Below are positions 17,420-25,262 of a stretch of 30,490 nt of DNA, piece by piece; the first letter of the stretch is position 1, and each line of letters opens with the position of its first letter. The notes under the pieces were generated by a model. It saw nothing but the letters and a program-made list of their open reading frames with translations, was not told the origin of the DNA and did not search any database. This stretch comes from Candidatus Saccharimonadia bacterium (GTDB lineage: Bacteria; Patescibacteriota; Saccharimonadia; CAILAD01; JBBSBN01). Made by a program: the position numbers and the translations under genes. The stretch lies in assembly GCA_038251205.1 (NCBI GenBank), contig JBBSBN010000001.1, positions 1-30,490 on the forward strand, written 5' to 3'.

Positions 17420-17449
17420 TTGACATCGTTCGGTATGTGTTCGTATAAT
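17420..17449 (+). promoter_or_regulatory. dinB promoter with a candidate SOS operator in the spacer
   Basis: TTGACA-18 nt-TATAAT; the spacer contains GTTC-N7-GTTC (17428-17442). Confidence 0.75.
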
Positions 17450-17465
17450 CAGTGAAGGGGGGAAT

Positions 17466-18731
17466 ATGCCAGAAGCCATGCTTCGGGGATGCGCTGTAGT
17501 ACCGGCTACAGCGCCGGTTGAGGCCAGTACGTTGTTTCTTGATATGGACAGCTTCTTCGCGTCAGTTGAACAGCAGTATAATCCAGGGCTGCGTGGCCGA
17601 CCAGTGGGAGTTTGTCCATGTCTCGGCGACGGATGTTGTGTGGTGGCCGCTTCGCGCGAAGCCAAGCTATGTGGAGTACGAACCGGCGTGCGTGTGCGCG
17701 ATGCGCGCCGGCTCTGCCCTGATATTGTTCTTATATCCGATAGCCCAACCAGTTACCGAGAAGTACATACTAGCTTTATGAAAATACTCGATAATACAGT
17801 CTGTCGAGTGCAGTCTAAGGGTATTGACGAAGCCTGGATGAAGCTACCATGGTATCTGGTAGGGAGCAAAGATGCTCACGACCTAGCCCGCCAGGTAAAA
17901 GCCCAGATTAGCGATACAGTAGGGCCATATATTAGCTGTTCGATTGGTATTGCACCTAATATTTGGCTTGGCAAAATGGCGGCTAGTCATCGGAAGCCGA
18001 ATGGCCTAGTAGAGCTACGTACATCAGATCTAGAAGCTTTTTATAAAGAATTACGGCTCGTAGACCTGAATGGCATCTCTTGGCGTCTAGCCCGCCAGTG
18101 CTATCGTCTTGGTATTTACAGCCCAATAGCTCTATACCAAGCACCCTTGGCGCTCTTACGCCGAGCTTGGGGAGTTAATGGTGTGAAGTGGTATTTGCGG
18201 ATGCGTGGTTATGAGGTTGATATCTCAACCGAAAAGCCCCAGAAAACCCTCTCACATCAAACAACCCTCATGCCAAACCCAGCCATGAATATCAAGGATG
18301 TTACAGCAGTACTGACTAAGATGAGTTTTCGGATTGGCCGACGTCTCCGCGCCAATCATCAGATGGCCAAAGGGGTGAGCCTGTATCTTCGCTATATCGA
18401 TCATAGCCACTTTGTACAAAACCTTAACACTGGTCAGGCTTTTGCAAGTAATGACTGGATCCTACGCCATCTCAAATCCTTACTACCACCTGCTGCACGC
18501 TTACAGCCAGTTAAGCAACTCAGTATTGGGCTATACGATCTTACAAATGAGTTACAGCTGAGCCTGGGGATAGATCTTGCGACCGAGTCTGATCGAACCG
18601 CAGCTGTCAGTATGGCGATTGATAGACTTAATACTAAGCACGGTACTCATACTATAATTCCAGCCAGCTCTTTAGGCCGCGATATATTTCCTGATAGAAT
18701 TGGCTTCGGCAACTCGCGAGCCTTGATTTAG
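17466..18731 (+). CDS. dinB: Y-family DNA polymerase IV
   Basis: FLDMDSFFASVEQ..NP.LRGRPVGV, AASREAK..GV, GIDEA, CSIGIAPN..LGKMA, KPNG. Confidence 0.95.
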   Translation: MPEAMLRGCAVVPATAPVEASTLFLDMDSFFASVEQQYNPGLRGRPVGVCPCLGDGCCVVAASREAKLCGVRTGVRVRDARRLCPDIVLISDSPTSYREVHTSFMKILDNTVCRVQSKGIDEAWMKLPWYLVGSKDAHDLARQVKAQISDTVGPYISCSIGIAPNIWLGKMAASHRKPNGLVELRTSDLEAFYKELRLVDLNGISWRLARQCYRLGIYSPIALYQAPLALLRRAWGVNGVKWYLRMRGYEVDISTEKPQKTLSHQTTLMPNPAMNIKDVTAVLTKMSFRIGRRLRANHQMAKGVSLYLRYIDHSHFVQNLNTGQAFASNDWILRHLKSLLPPAARLQPVKQLSIGLYDLTNELQLSLGIDLATESDRTAAVSMAIDRLNTKHGTHTIIPASSLGRDIFPDRIGFGNSRALI

Positions 18732-18800
18732 TACTAATCATTTCTCGATACAAAGATCATCCAAACTGATGTAGAATGAAAGGGCTTATCATGCATCTGT

Positions 18801-18876
18801 GGGCCTGTAGCTCAGTGGTTAGAGCGGTACTCTTATAAGGTACTGGCCGGTGGTTCGAGTCCACCCAGGCCCACCA
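18801..18876 (+). tRNA. tRNA-Ile(TAT)
   Basis: GGGCCTG/CAGGCCC acceptor stem, GTACT-CTTATAA-GGTAC anticodon arm with TAT at 18834-18836, A73-CCA. Confidence 0.95.
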
Positions 18877-18924
18877 GAATTTATATATTAAAAAACACCC
18901 CATAGGAGGGGTGTGGGGAAGGCG

Positions 18925-18951
18925 CCCCGGGGGAGTTCAACTCCCCCGGGG
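18925..18951. repeat. Perfect GC-rich palindrome between tRNA-Ile and the convergent gene
   Basis: CCCCGGGGGAGTT-C-AACTCCCCCGGGG. A smaller hairpin, ACACCCC-atagga-GGGGTGT, precedes it. Confidence 0.85.
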
Positions 18952-18986
18952 GATGCCGTGCTCAGAAGGTAGATCCGCTGCCGGTG

Positions 18987-19739
18987 CTAGTTACGCACCT
19001 TGTAGCAGTTGCCCTCGAGCGGTGGATTGATCCGGCTGACAACTCTCAGCTCACGACCATCGCGTGCCTTCGCGAGAACTCGGAAGGCAGATCTGACGGT
19101 GTGACCAGAGACGTAGCTGTGGCGGTTGACGCTCTCACCAGCACCGATCGGTCGGAACACGATCCCGCCAAGGCTGATGTTCGTCAGCCTGACGGGGACG
19201 TCGCTCAGGTTGGTGACTGTCCAGCTCACGCTGTAGAGCCCAAGCCTGGGCAGGCAGCGAGAGCTTACCGCCGCGCTCACCTGCAAGGGTGCGGGTGAAG
19301 GCGTCGTGCAGTCGGTCCCCGGGTATTCCAGCAGGATCGGGTCGAGGGCAAGATGGCCATCGAGGTAGATCCGGCTGATCGTGACCACTCCGTCGTAGGT
19401 AGTCGACGACAGCGTGAGGATGTGGCCGAAAGCAGGTGTTTGGCCTGCCACCGGACCGAGTGAGCCGGAGCTGAGTCCGTGGTGCGTCTGGCCGTCGTAC
19501 GCATCGACTTGCATCAGGTTGTCGGGCGTGGCGGGATCGTTGTTGATCACCACCACCTCAAGCGTGACGAGTCCGTCGAGGCACCCCGGCGTAATGCTCA
19601 CGCTGGTGTGCTCGTCGGTGAACGTTGGGTGGATGTCGACTGTCGAGGCCGAAGCCGAGCCCACGGGGAAGCATCCGCCAACGATCGCCAGAACGACGAA
19701 AGCGACGAATACTCGCGGGAGCGTCAGAAGCGATTTCAT
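18987..19739 (-). CDS. High-GC orphan secreted protein (250 aa)
   Basis: Signal-peptide-like N-terminus (MKSLLTLPR, hydrophobic core, ASA); beta-rich body with four further Cys; AAGGAGG SD; much higher GC than its neighbours. Confidence 0.75.
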   Translation of the reverse strand: MKSLLTLPRVFVAFVVLAIVGGCFPVGSASASTVDIHPTFTDEHTSVSITPGCLDGLVTLEVVVINNDPATPDNLMQVDAYDGQTHHGLSSGSLGPVAGQTPAFGHILTLSSTTYDGVVTISRIYLDGHLALDPILLEYPGTDCTTPSPAPLQVSAAVSSRCLPRLGLYSVSWTVTNLSDVPVRLTNISLGGIVFRPIGAGESVNRHSYVSGHTVRSAFRVLAKARDGRELRVVSRINPPLEGNCYKVRN

Positions 19740-19812
19740 CGCTCCTCCTTATCAATGTGCGAACGCGAAACCGTCGCGGACGGATGCCCTCCAGATGAAG
19801 ACAATGGAGGTA

Positions 19813-19841
19813 ATTATATACTATAAATCTAATATTGTCAA
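19813..19841 (-). promoter_or_regulatory. Perfect consensus sigma-70 promoter for the high-GC gene
   Basis: Minus strand TTGACA-17 nt-TATAAT. Confidence 0.8.
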
Positions 19842-19952
19842 GATATATGTCTTGCAGAACGGAATATTCATCTAACCTGGAGCCAACCTGTAAATTATCT
19901 GTTTTGATAGTTTAGATTTGTACGAAACAAGCACCTGCGCTACATTATAGAC

Positions 19953-20189
19953 ATGAGCTCAAGTGATCCCTACCCCGATAATACTAAGAATGTTCGAGGA
20001 CGACAATTCCGTATTCGCTACACAAACTACCGTGGCGAGACAGCTGATCGTGATATTATCTTTGAATATTTCTGGTGGGGGAAGACTGAGTGGCACCCCG
20101 AAGAACAATTCTTGATCCACGCCATAGATATAGTTAAGAATGAACCACGCGATTATGCGCTTAAAGATACCAAGGCTTGGCTGGAGTAA
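19953..20189 (+). CDS. Standalone WYL-like domain protein (78 aa)
   Basis: IRYTNYRGETADRDI...YFWWG.TEWHPEEQFLIHAIDIVKNEPRDYAL follows the WYL pattern (Y.N..GE...R.I.P / LL.A.D......R.F). Confidence 0.7.
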   Translation: MSSSDPYPDNTKNVRGRQFRIRYTNYRGETADRDIIFEYFWWGKTEWHPEEQFLIHAIDIVKNEPRDYALKDTKAWLE

Positions 20190-20224
20190 ACTGCTTGCAG
20201 CTAGAACTCAAAGACCTTATAATA

Positions 20225-20363
20225 TAAGAGTAAATAAGACGTTTGAGGGCGGCTCACCACCGCTTCGAGTCTCGCGAAGGCAAGCGGGCGACACAGCTGC
20301 CAAGAGTGATCCAATCTTCATGGATAATCCCGGTGGAACCTCCCAAGTTATTTGGGACCGGGG
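20225..20363 (+). promoter_or_regulatory. T-box riboswitch upstream of thrS
   Basis: Antiterminator fold CCCGG-[TGGAACC bulge]-TCCC/GGGA-CCGGG (20329-20362), preceded by the hairpin ATCCA/TGGAT. ACC (Thr) lies in a hairpin loop near 20256-20258. Confidence 0.8.
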
Positions 20364-20439
20364 CAAGTAAGATGGGTCATTTTATTATGGGTTATGTGAA
20401 ATTCACATATTGAATACGAAATTATAGAGGTAGCGCACA

Positions 20440-22275
20440 ATGAGTAATGAAGCAGAACAACTCGATATTATCAGACATAGCCTCGCGCATATTATGGCGG
20501 CAGCGATCAATGAGCTCTACAAAGAACCAAAGTTTGGCGTCGGTCCCGTGATCCGTGACGGGTTCTATTATGATGTATTCCTTGAAAATGACCAAACCAT
20601 ATCAGATACAGATCTTGTTAAGATTGAAGCGAAGATGCACGAAGTGATCGCTCGCCATGAAGATTTTGAGCGACAAGAATTGAGTATCGAGGAGGTGAAG
20701 ATATACTTCACTCAGAGTAATCAGCCACTCAAGGTGGAATTACTTGATGATCTGGCTAAGCATGGCACGACTTCTGCTAAGGAAATTGATGCTCGCGAGT
20801 TGGGAATTGAGCTAGATACTAATAACAACGATGCTAAAATTACAACAGTTACGGTCTATAAGACAGAAAACTTCACTGACCTTTGTCGGGGACCGCATGT
20901 TTCTAACACCTCTGAGCTCGATAAAGTGGCCTTTAAGCTGACTAAAGTATCCGGTGCCTATTGGCGTGGCGATGAGAAGCGCCAGCAAATGCAGCGTATC
21001 TATGGAGTTGCCTTTGAAGCGAAGGCTGAGCTTGATGAATATCTTAAAAACCAAGCTGAAGCTGAGAAACGTGACCATCGAAAACTCGGTCGCGAGCTCG
21101 ATTTATTTGTATTCTCTGATCTGGTGGGTCCTGGTTTACCTCTTTGGACTCCAAGAGGCACAATAATTCGCCAAGAACTTGATCGTTTTGTTCAGGAGCT
21201 GCGCAATGAACATGGCTTTGAAGCAGTTGCTATCCCGCATATTACCAAGAAGGATCTTTATCAGAAAAGTGGGCATTGGGAGAAATTCAAAGACGAACTT
21301 TTCCGTATAAAAACTCGCGAGGGCCATGATTTTGCTCTAAAGCCGATGAACTGCCCACACCACACTCAAATTTATGCCAGCCAGCCACGATCATACAAAG
21401 ATCTACCAATACGATACCGAGAGACCACAATGGTCTATCGTGACGAGCAATCTGGTGAACTCAGTGGGTTATCTCGAGTCCGTTCGATTACCCAGGATGA
21501 TGCTCATATTTTCTGCCGAAGCTCACAGATTAAAGAGGAAATTTTAAAAGCCTGGGATATTGTGGCTCGATTCTACGATGTATTTGATATGAAGCTTAAA
21601 CTTCGGCTGTCCACTCATGACCCTGCTCAGATGGATGGCTACGTAGGAACCACTAAGCAGTGGGATATGGCTGTTAGCCAGCTACGAGAAGTCATCGAAG
21701 AAAAAGGTATCACGGACTATATTGAAGGCGTTGGAGAAGCTGCTTTCTATGCACCCAAGCTCGATTTCATCGGCGAAGATGTGTTGGGTAGGCAATTCCA
21801 AGCCTCGACCATACAGCTTGATTTTGTCCAACCAAAGAATTTTGGACTGACCTGTACGAATGAAAAAGGAGAAGCTGAAGATATCTTTATGCTTCATTGT
21901 GCAGTGAGTGGCTCACTTGAACGAATGATGGTTCTATTGATAGAGCACTATGCAGGTGCATTCCCAATTTGGTTAGCACCCGAGCAAGTACGGATTATTC
22001 CTGTCTCGGATAAATTCAATGATTACGCTGTAAAAATAGCAACGAACCTGGAAGAAAATGGTATTCGCCATAGCGTTGATGACAATAACGAATCACTCGG
22101 CAAACGAATCCGCCAAGCTGAAACAATGAAGATCCCGTACGTTTTGGTGGTGGGAGAGAAAGAAGTTGCAGCAAACTCGGTGGCCGTACGCCATATATCA
22201 GATGGAGATCAAGGCGCACAGCCAGTGGCAGCCTTCTTAGCTCAGATCAATGACCAGATCTATCAACGTACTTAG
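20440..22275 (+). CDS. thrS: Threonine--tRNA ligase
   Basis: RHSLAH, DLCRGPH, GAYWRGDE, DHRKLG.ELDLF, LKPMNCPHH, SGLSRVR.ITQDDAH, FYAPKLD, GAFPIWLAPEQV. Confidence 0.99.
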   Translation: MSNEAEQLDIIRHSLAHIMAAAINELYKEPKFGVGPVIRDGFYYDVFLENDQTISDTDLVKIEAKMHEVIARHEDFERQELSIEEVKIYFTQSNQPLKVELLDDLAKHGTTSAKEIDARELGIELDTNNNDAKITTVTVYKTENFTDLCRGPHVSNTSELDKVAFKLTKVSGAYWRGDEKRQQMQRIYGVAFEAKAELDEYLKNQAEAEKRDHRKLGRELDLFVFSDLVGPGLPLWTPRGTIIRQELDRFVQELRNEHGFEAVAIPHITKKDLYQKSGHWEKFKDELFRIKTREGHDFALKPMNCPHHTQIYASQPRSYKDLPIRYRETTMVYRDEQSGELSGLSRVRSITQDDAHIFCRSSQIKEEILKAWDIVARFYDVFDMKLKLRLSTHDPAQMDGYVGTTKQWDMAVSQLREVIEEKGITDYIEGVGEAAFYAPKLDFIGEDVLGRQFQASTIQLDFVQPKNFGLTCTNEKGEAEDIFMLHCAVSGSLERMMVLLIEHYAGAFPIWLAPEQVRIIPVSDKFNDYAVKIATNLEENGIRHSVDDNNESLGKRIRQAETMKIPYVLVVGEKEVAANSVAVRHISDGDQGAQPVAAFLAQINDQIYQRT

Positions 22276-22284
22276 GTAGTCATA

Positions 22285-23028
22285 ATGAAAAAACTGCAGC
22301 GCAACTATAAACTTATAGATGTTGACCACTATCGTGAAGTCTTGAATCAAGATAAACTTTGGTACCTAACCCTTAAACCATTCTTAGACGAGTATTACTT
22401 TTCTTATCATGGAGATGCTCACAATAAGACGAAAGATTGGATGCAGACTAGGGCTGAGTTCACTCATTTGGTTGAGGAGTTATTGGGTAATGATGGGATT
22501 TATATAGCAAAAACTGGGCCCAATCTTGATATTGAACGCAAGCCAATAGATACCGTAGTGATACATCATAGTGCTACTTCACAATCTGAAGATTTTAACC
22601 TAGGACACGTCAATGCGCTGTGTCTCATTCGTACGTATGCACCTGTACACGGCGGCGGCCCAAGCTATGATGCCTATAAGCTACCTGTCTGGTCAAATCA
22701 CTTTTACAAGGGTCGACAAACCTTTATTGTCTATCATTATCTCATATGGCCAGATGGTAGATCGGATCATATTCTCAAAGACGATGCGATTGGCTGGCAT
22801 GCAGGTAGCTGGGAGGTGAATTGTCAAAGTGTAGCTATCTGTTTTGTGGGTGATTTCCACAAAGTTGCTCCAAGCAATGCTGCCCTTAAGACAGCCCAAG
22901 CGATAATACAGAATTACCCCGGGGCTACAATTGAGCCGCACTCAGCAATAAACCATGCTACCGTTTGTCCCGGACTACCATTCTTTGGTAAAGATGGGTG
23001 GAAGAATCATCTTGGTAGTTCAAAATAA
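22285..23028 (+). CDS. N-acetylmuramoyl-L-alanine amidase (Amidase_2/PGRP-like) with N-terminal extension
   Basis: VVIHHSAT, YHYLI, GWHAG, N..SVAICFVGDF, PH......T.CPG (zinc-ligand pattern His/His/Cys). Confidence 0.85.
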   Translation: MKKLQRNYKLIDVDHYREVLNQDKLWYLTLKPFLDEYYFSYHGDAHNKTKDWMQTRAEFTHLVEELLGNDGIYIAKTGPNLDIERKPIDTVVIHHSATSQSEDFNLGHVNALCLIRTYAPVHGGGPSYDAYKLPVWSNHFYKGRQTFIVYHYLIWPDGRSDHILKDDAIGWHAGSWEVNCQSVAICFVGDFHKVAPSNAALKTAQAIIQNYPGATIEPHSAINHATVCPGLPFFGKDGWKNHLGSSK

Positions 23029-23896
23029 TCAAAAATTAATTGCTATTGTGGGGCCGACTGGATCGGGTAAATCAGCTTTAGCTTTATCGTTGGCTGAACA
23101 ATTTAATGGTGCAATTATCTGTGCCGACTCACGGACGATTTATCGCGGTATGAATATTGGAACTGCCAAGCCGTCATCAGATGAGCAGCAACGAGTTATG
23201 CATTATGGTCTGGACCTCGTAGAGCCTGGACAAAGCTACAGTGCAGCAGAATTCCAGGCCTATACAGAGACTAAAATAACTGAGATCAATATAGCTACAA
23301 AACTGCCATTTCTCGTGGGCGGAAGTGGCCTCTACATTGATAGCGTATTATTTGGCTATAAATTTCGTTCCCCGCATGATAGCGATGACTATCGTCGCTA
23401 CGCAGATATTGAAATTATAGAGATGTTCCAAGCCCGTTATCCGGAATATGTTCCCAAAGTTGACTTAAATAATCGTCGCCGACTGGAGCAGATACTTAGT
23501 CGTGGCCCAGCTGATACGAATGATCGGAAACAACTTAAATATCGGGTATTAATCCTAGGCCTGAATCCGAGTCGAGAGCTACTCCGAAAACATATTGAAC
23601 ACCGTACGAGAGCAATGCTTGCAGCTGGCCTCATAGAAGAGGTGAAGCAGCTTCGCCGGCACTATGGAGCAGACTGTGCCCAATTGCAAACAATTGGCTA
23701 TAGCCAGATAGGAGAATATCTAGACGGGGCTATTAGTGCAGAAGTCGCTAAAGCCAAAATAAATACCGATAGCATAGCTCTAGCGCGACGCCAGATGAGT
23801 TGGTTTAAGCGTAATCCTCGTATTCATTGGCTGAGTGAAACTGAAAACCCCGCTGAATTGATCAATGATTACTTGACTCATGCTGGTGTACAATAG
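22994..23896 (+). CDS. miaA: tRNA dimethylallyltransferase
   Basis: IAIVGPTGSGKS, ICADSRTIYRGMNIGTAKP, LVGGSGLY, IGY, ARRQ.SWF. The exact start is uncertain. Confidence 0.96.
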   Translation: MGGRIILVVQNNQKLIAIVGPTGSGKSALALSLAEQFNGAIICADSRTIYRGMNIGTAKPSSDEQQRVMHYGLDLVEPGQSYSAAEFQAYTETKITEINIATKLPFLVGGSGLYIDSVLFGYKFRSPHDSDDYRRYADIEIIEMFQARYPEYVPKVDLNNRRRLEQILSRGPADTNDRKQLKYRVLILGLNPSRELLRKHIEHRTRAMLAAGLIEEVKQLRRHYGADCAQLQTIGYSQIGEYLDGAISAEVAKAKINTDSIALARRQMSWFKRNPRIHWLSETENPAELINDYLTHAGVQ

Positions 23897-23900
23897 CGGT

Positions 23901-25262
23901 ATGCCAAAACAGCTGACCATTTTGAGCGCCAAGATAGCTTTTCGAATAGGACGACTATTTGGCAAAGGAGGTAGTGCACTCCCGGGGTTAGTGGCAGAGC
24001 GGATCGACCCTCAGGTTTTGTCCAAACTCGTTCGAGGTAACTTTCGTAAAGGTATTATCCTTATAACTGGTACAAATGGTAAAACAACCACAGCCTTACT
24101 AACTGCTGAGATTTTACGAGCCGATGGCCGGACTGTGTTGCATAATCGAGGTGGCTCAAACCTTATGCGTGGTTTGCTTTCTACTATGATTCAGGCCTGC
24201 AACTTAGGCGGGCGAGTTAAAGCCGATACTGCCGTGTTTGAAGTAGATGAGAATGCCTTTCCGGCTATTGTGGCCGCCGTAAAGCCTACTCATATCATTG
24301 TAACCAACTTGTTTCGTGATCAGCTTGATCGGTATGGAGAATTGGATGCAACCGCCCAGAAGCTAGCTGGGGCACTGCGTAAGGCCGATGCTATGGCTTG
24401 GCTTAATGCTGATGACCCGCTGGTAGCAAGCTTAGCTAGCGCTACTAAGAATTCTAGCTTCTTTGGTGTTCAAGCCAGCACCAGCACAAAGCTGGATGAT
24501 GAATGGTCAGCTGACTCCTTGGTTAGCCCTAAATCTGGGGTACCGCTGATATATAGTAAGCGATATTATAGCCATATTGGTATCTATAAAAGCAGTAATG
24601 GCGATTTTAGTCGACCAAAGGCAGATATTGAAGCTACACATCCCCAAGCAAAGCAAGATCAACTTTCATTCCAGCTTAAGCTAGGAAATAGAGAGATTAC
24701 AGTACGAACGAAATTAGGTGGATTTTACAACGTTTACAATGTTCTCGCAGCTGTAGCGGTGACATACCAACTTGGTGTTTCTCCAGATACGATTCGGGTA
24801 ACAATGCAAGAAAGTAAACCCGCATTTGGTCGACTTGAGCGGATCGACTATAAGGGACGTGAGCTCTATCTTTTGCTAGTCAAAAATCCCGTAGGTTTTA
24901 ATCAAATTATTGAAACTTTTCTATTGCCCGATCACGAAGTTTCCGCTCTTATCATAATCAACGATAATATCGCTGATGGTCGTGATGTTTCTTGGCTATG
25001 GGATGCCAACCTCGAAGCCCTATCTGAAAAGAAGCGAAACCTCATAGTGAGTGGTCAGCGAGCCGATGATATGGCACTCCGTTTAAAGTATGCTAATGTT
25101 GCTAAATTTACTACAAAAGCTAATCCAGAGCATGGCATAGATAAGCTCGTAACGTCGGTAAAACCAGGTCAAAAAATCTATATTGTCCCAACGTACACCG
25201 CGATGTTGAGTATCCGTAGCTGGCTAGCAAAAAAGACCGGTATCCAGGAGTATTGGCAATGA
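23901..25262 (+). CDS. murT: Lipid II isoglutaminyl synthase, MurT subunit
   Basis: LPG..A..IDP, ITGTNGKTTT, GSNLMRG, FEVDE, NLFRDQLDRYGE, LVKNPVG, ADGRDVSWLWD. Confidence 0.93.
   Translation: MPKQLTILSAKIAFRIGRLFGKGGSALPGLVAERIDPQVLSKLVRGNFRKGIILITGTNGKTTTALLTAEILRADGRTVLHNRGGSNLMRGLLSTMIQACNLGGRVKADTAVFEVDENAFPAIVAAVKPTHIIVTNLFRDQLDRYGELDATAQKLAGALRKADAMAWLNADDPLVASLASATKNSSFFGVQASTSTKLDDEWSADSLVSPKSGVPLIYSKRYYSHIGIYKSSNGDFSRPKADIEATHPQAKQDQLSFQLKLGNREITVRTKLGGFYNVYNVLAAVAVTYQLGVSPDTIRVTMQESKPAFGRLERIDYKGRELYLLLVKNPVGFNQIIETFLLPDHEVSALIIINDNIADGRDVSWLWDANLEALSEKKRNLIVSGQRADDMALRLKYANVAKFTTKANPEHGIDKLVTSVKPGQKIYIVPTYTAMLSIRSWLAKKTGIQEYWQ

Noticed and set aside
18984-19875. Plus-strand ORFs over the high-GC gene
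   Set aside because: High GC produces long shadow frames. Only the minus-strand ORF has a promoter, an SD and a signal peptide.
19871-19890. Duplicated tRNA-Ile 3' end marking an attR
   Set aside because: The best match (GAGCCAACC versus AGGCCCACC) is only 6 of 9, too weak to count.
19870-19917. Integron attC-like site (ATCTAAC...GTTTAGAT)
   Set aside because: The ends are imperfect, the interior is not palindromic, and no integron integrase is present.
20275-20283. GAA-GGC-A as a glycine specifier for the T-box
   Set aside because: The downstream gene is clearly thrS, and these bases can pair with TGCC at about 20298-20301. ACC is the more coherent specifier, although this is untested.
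20393-20409. TATGTGAA-A-TTCACATA palindrome as a CRP/FNR-type site
   Set aside because: The TGTGA and TCACA half-sites are 3 nt apart rather than 6; more likely an RNA hairpin in the thrS leader.
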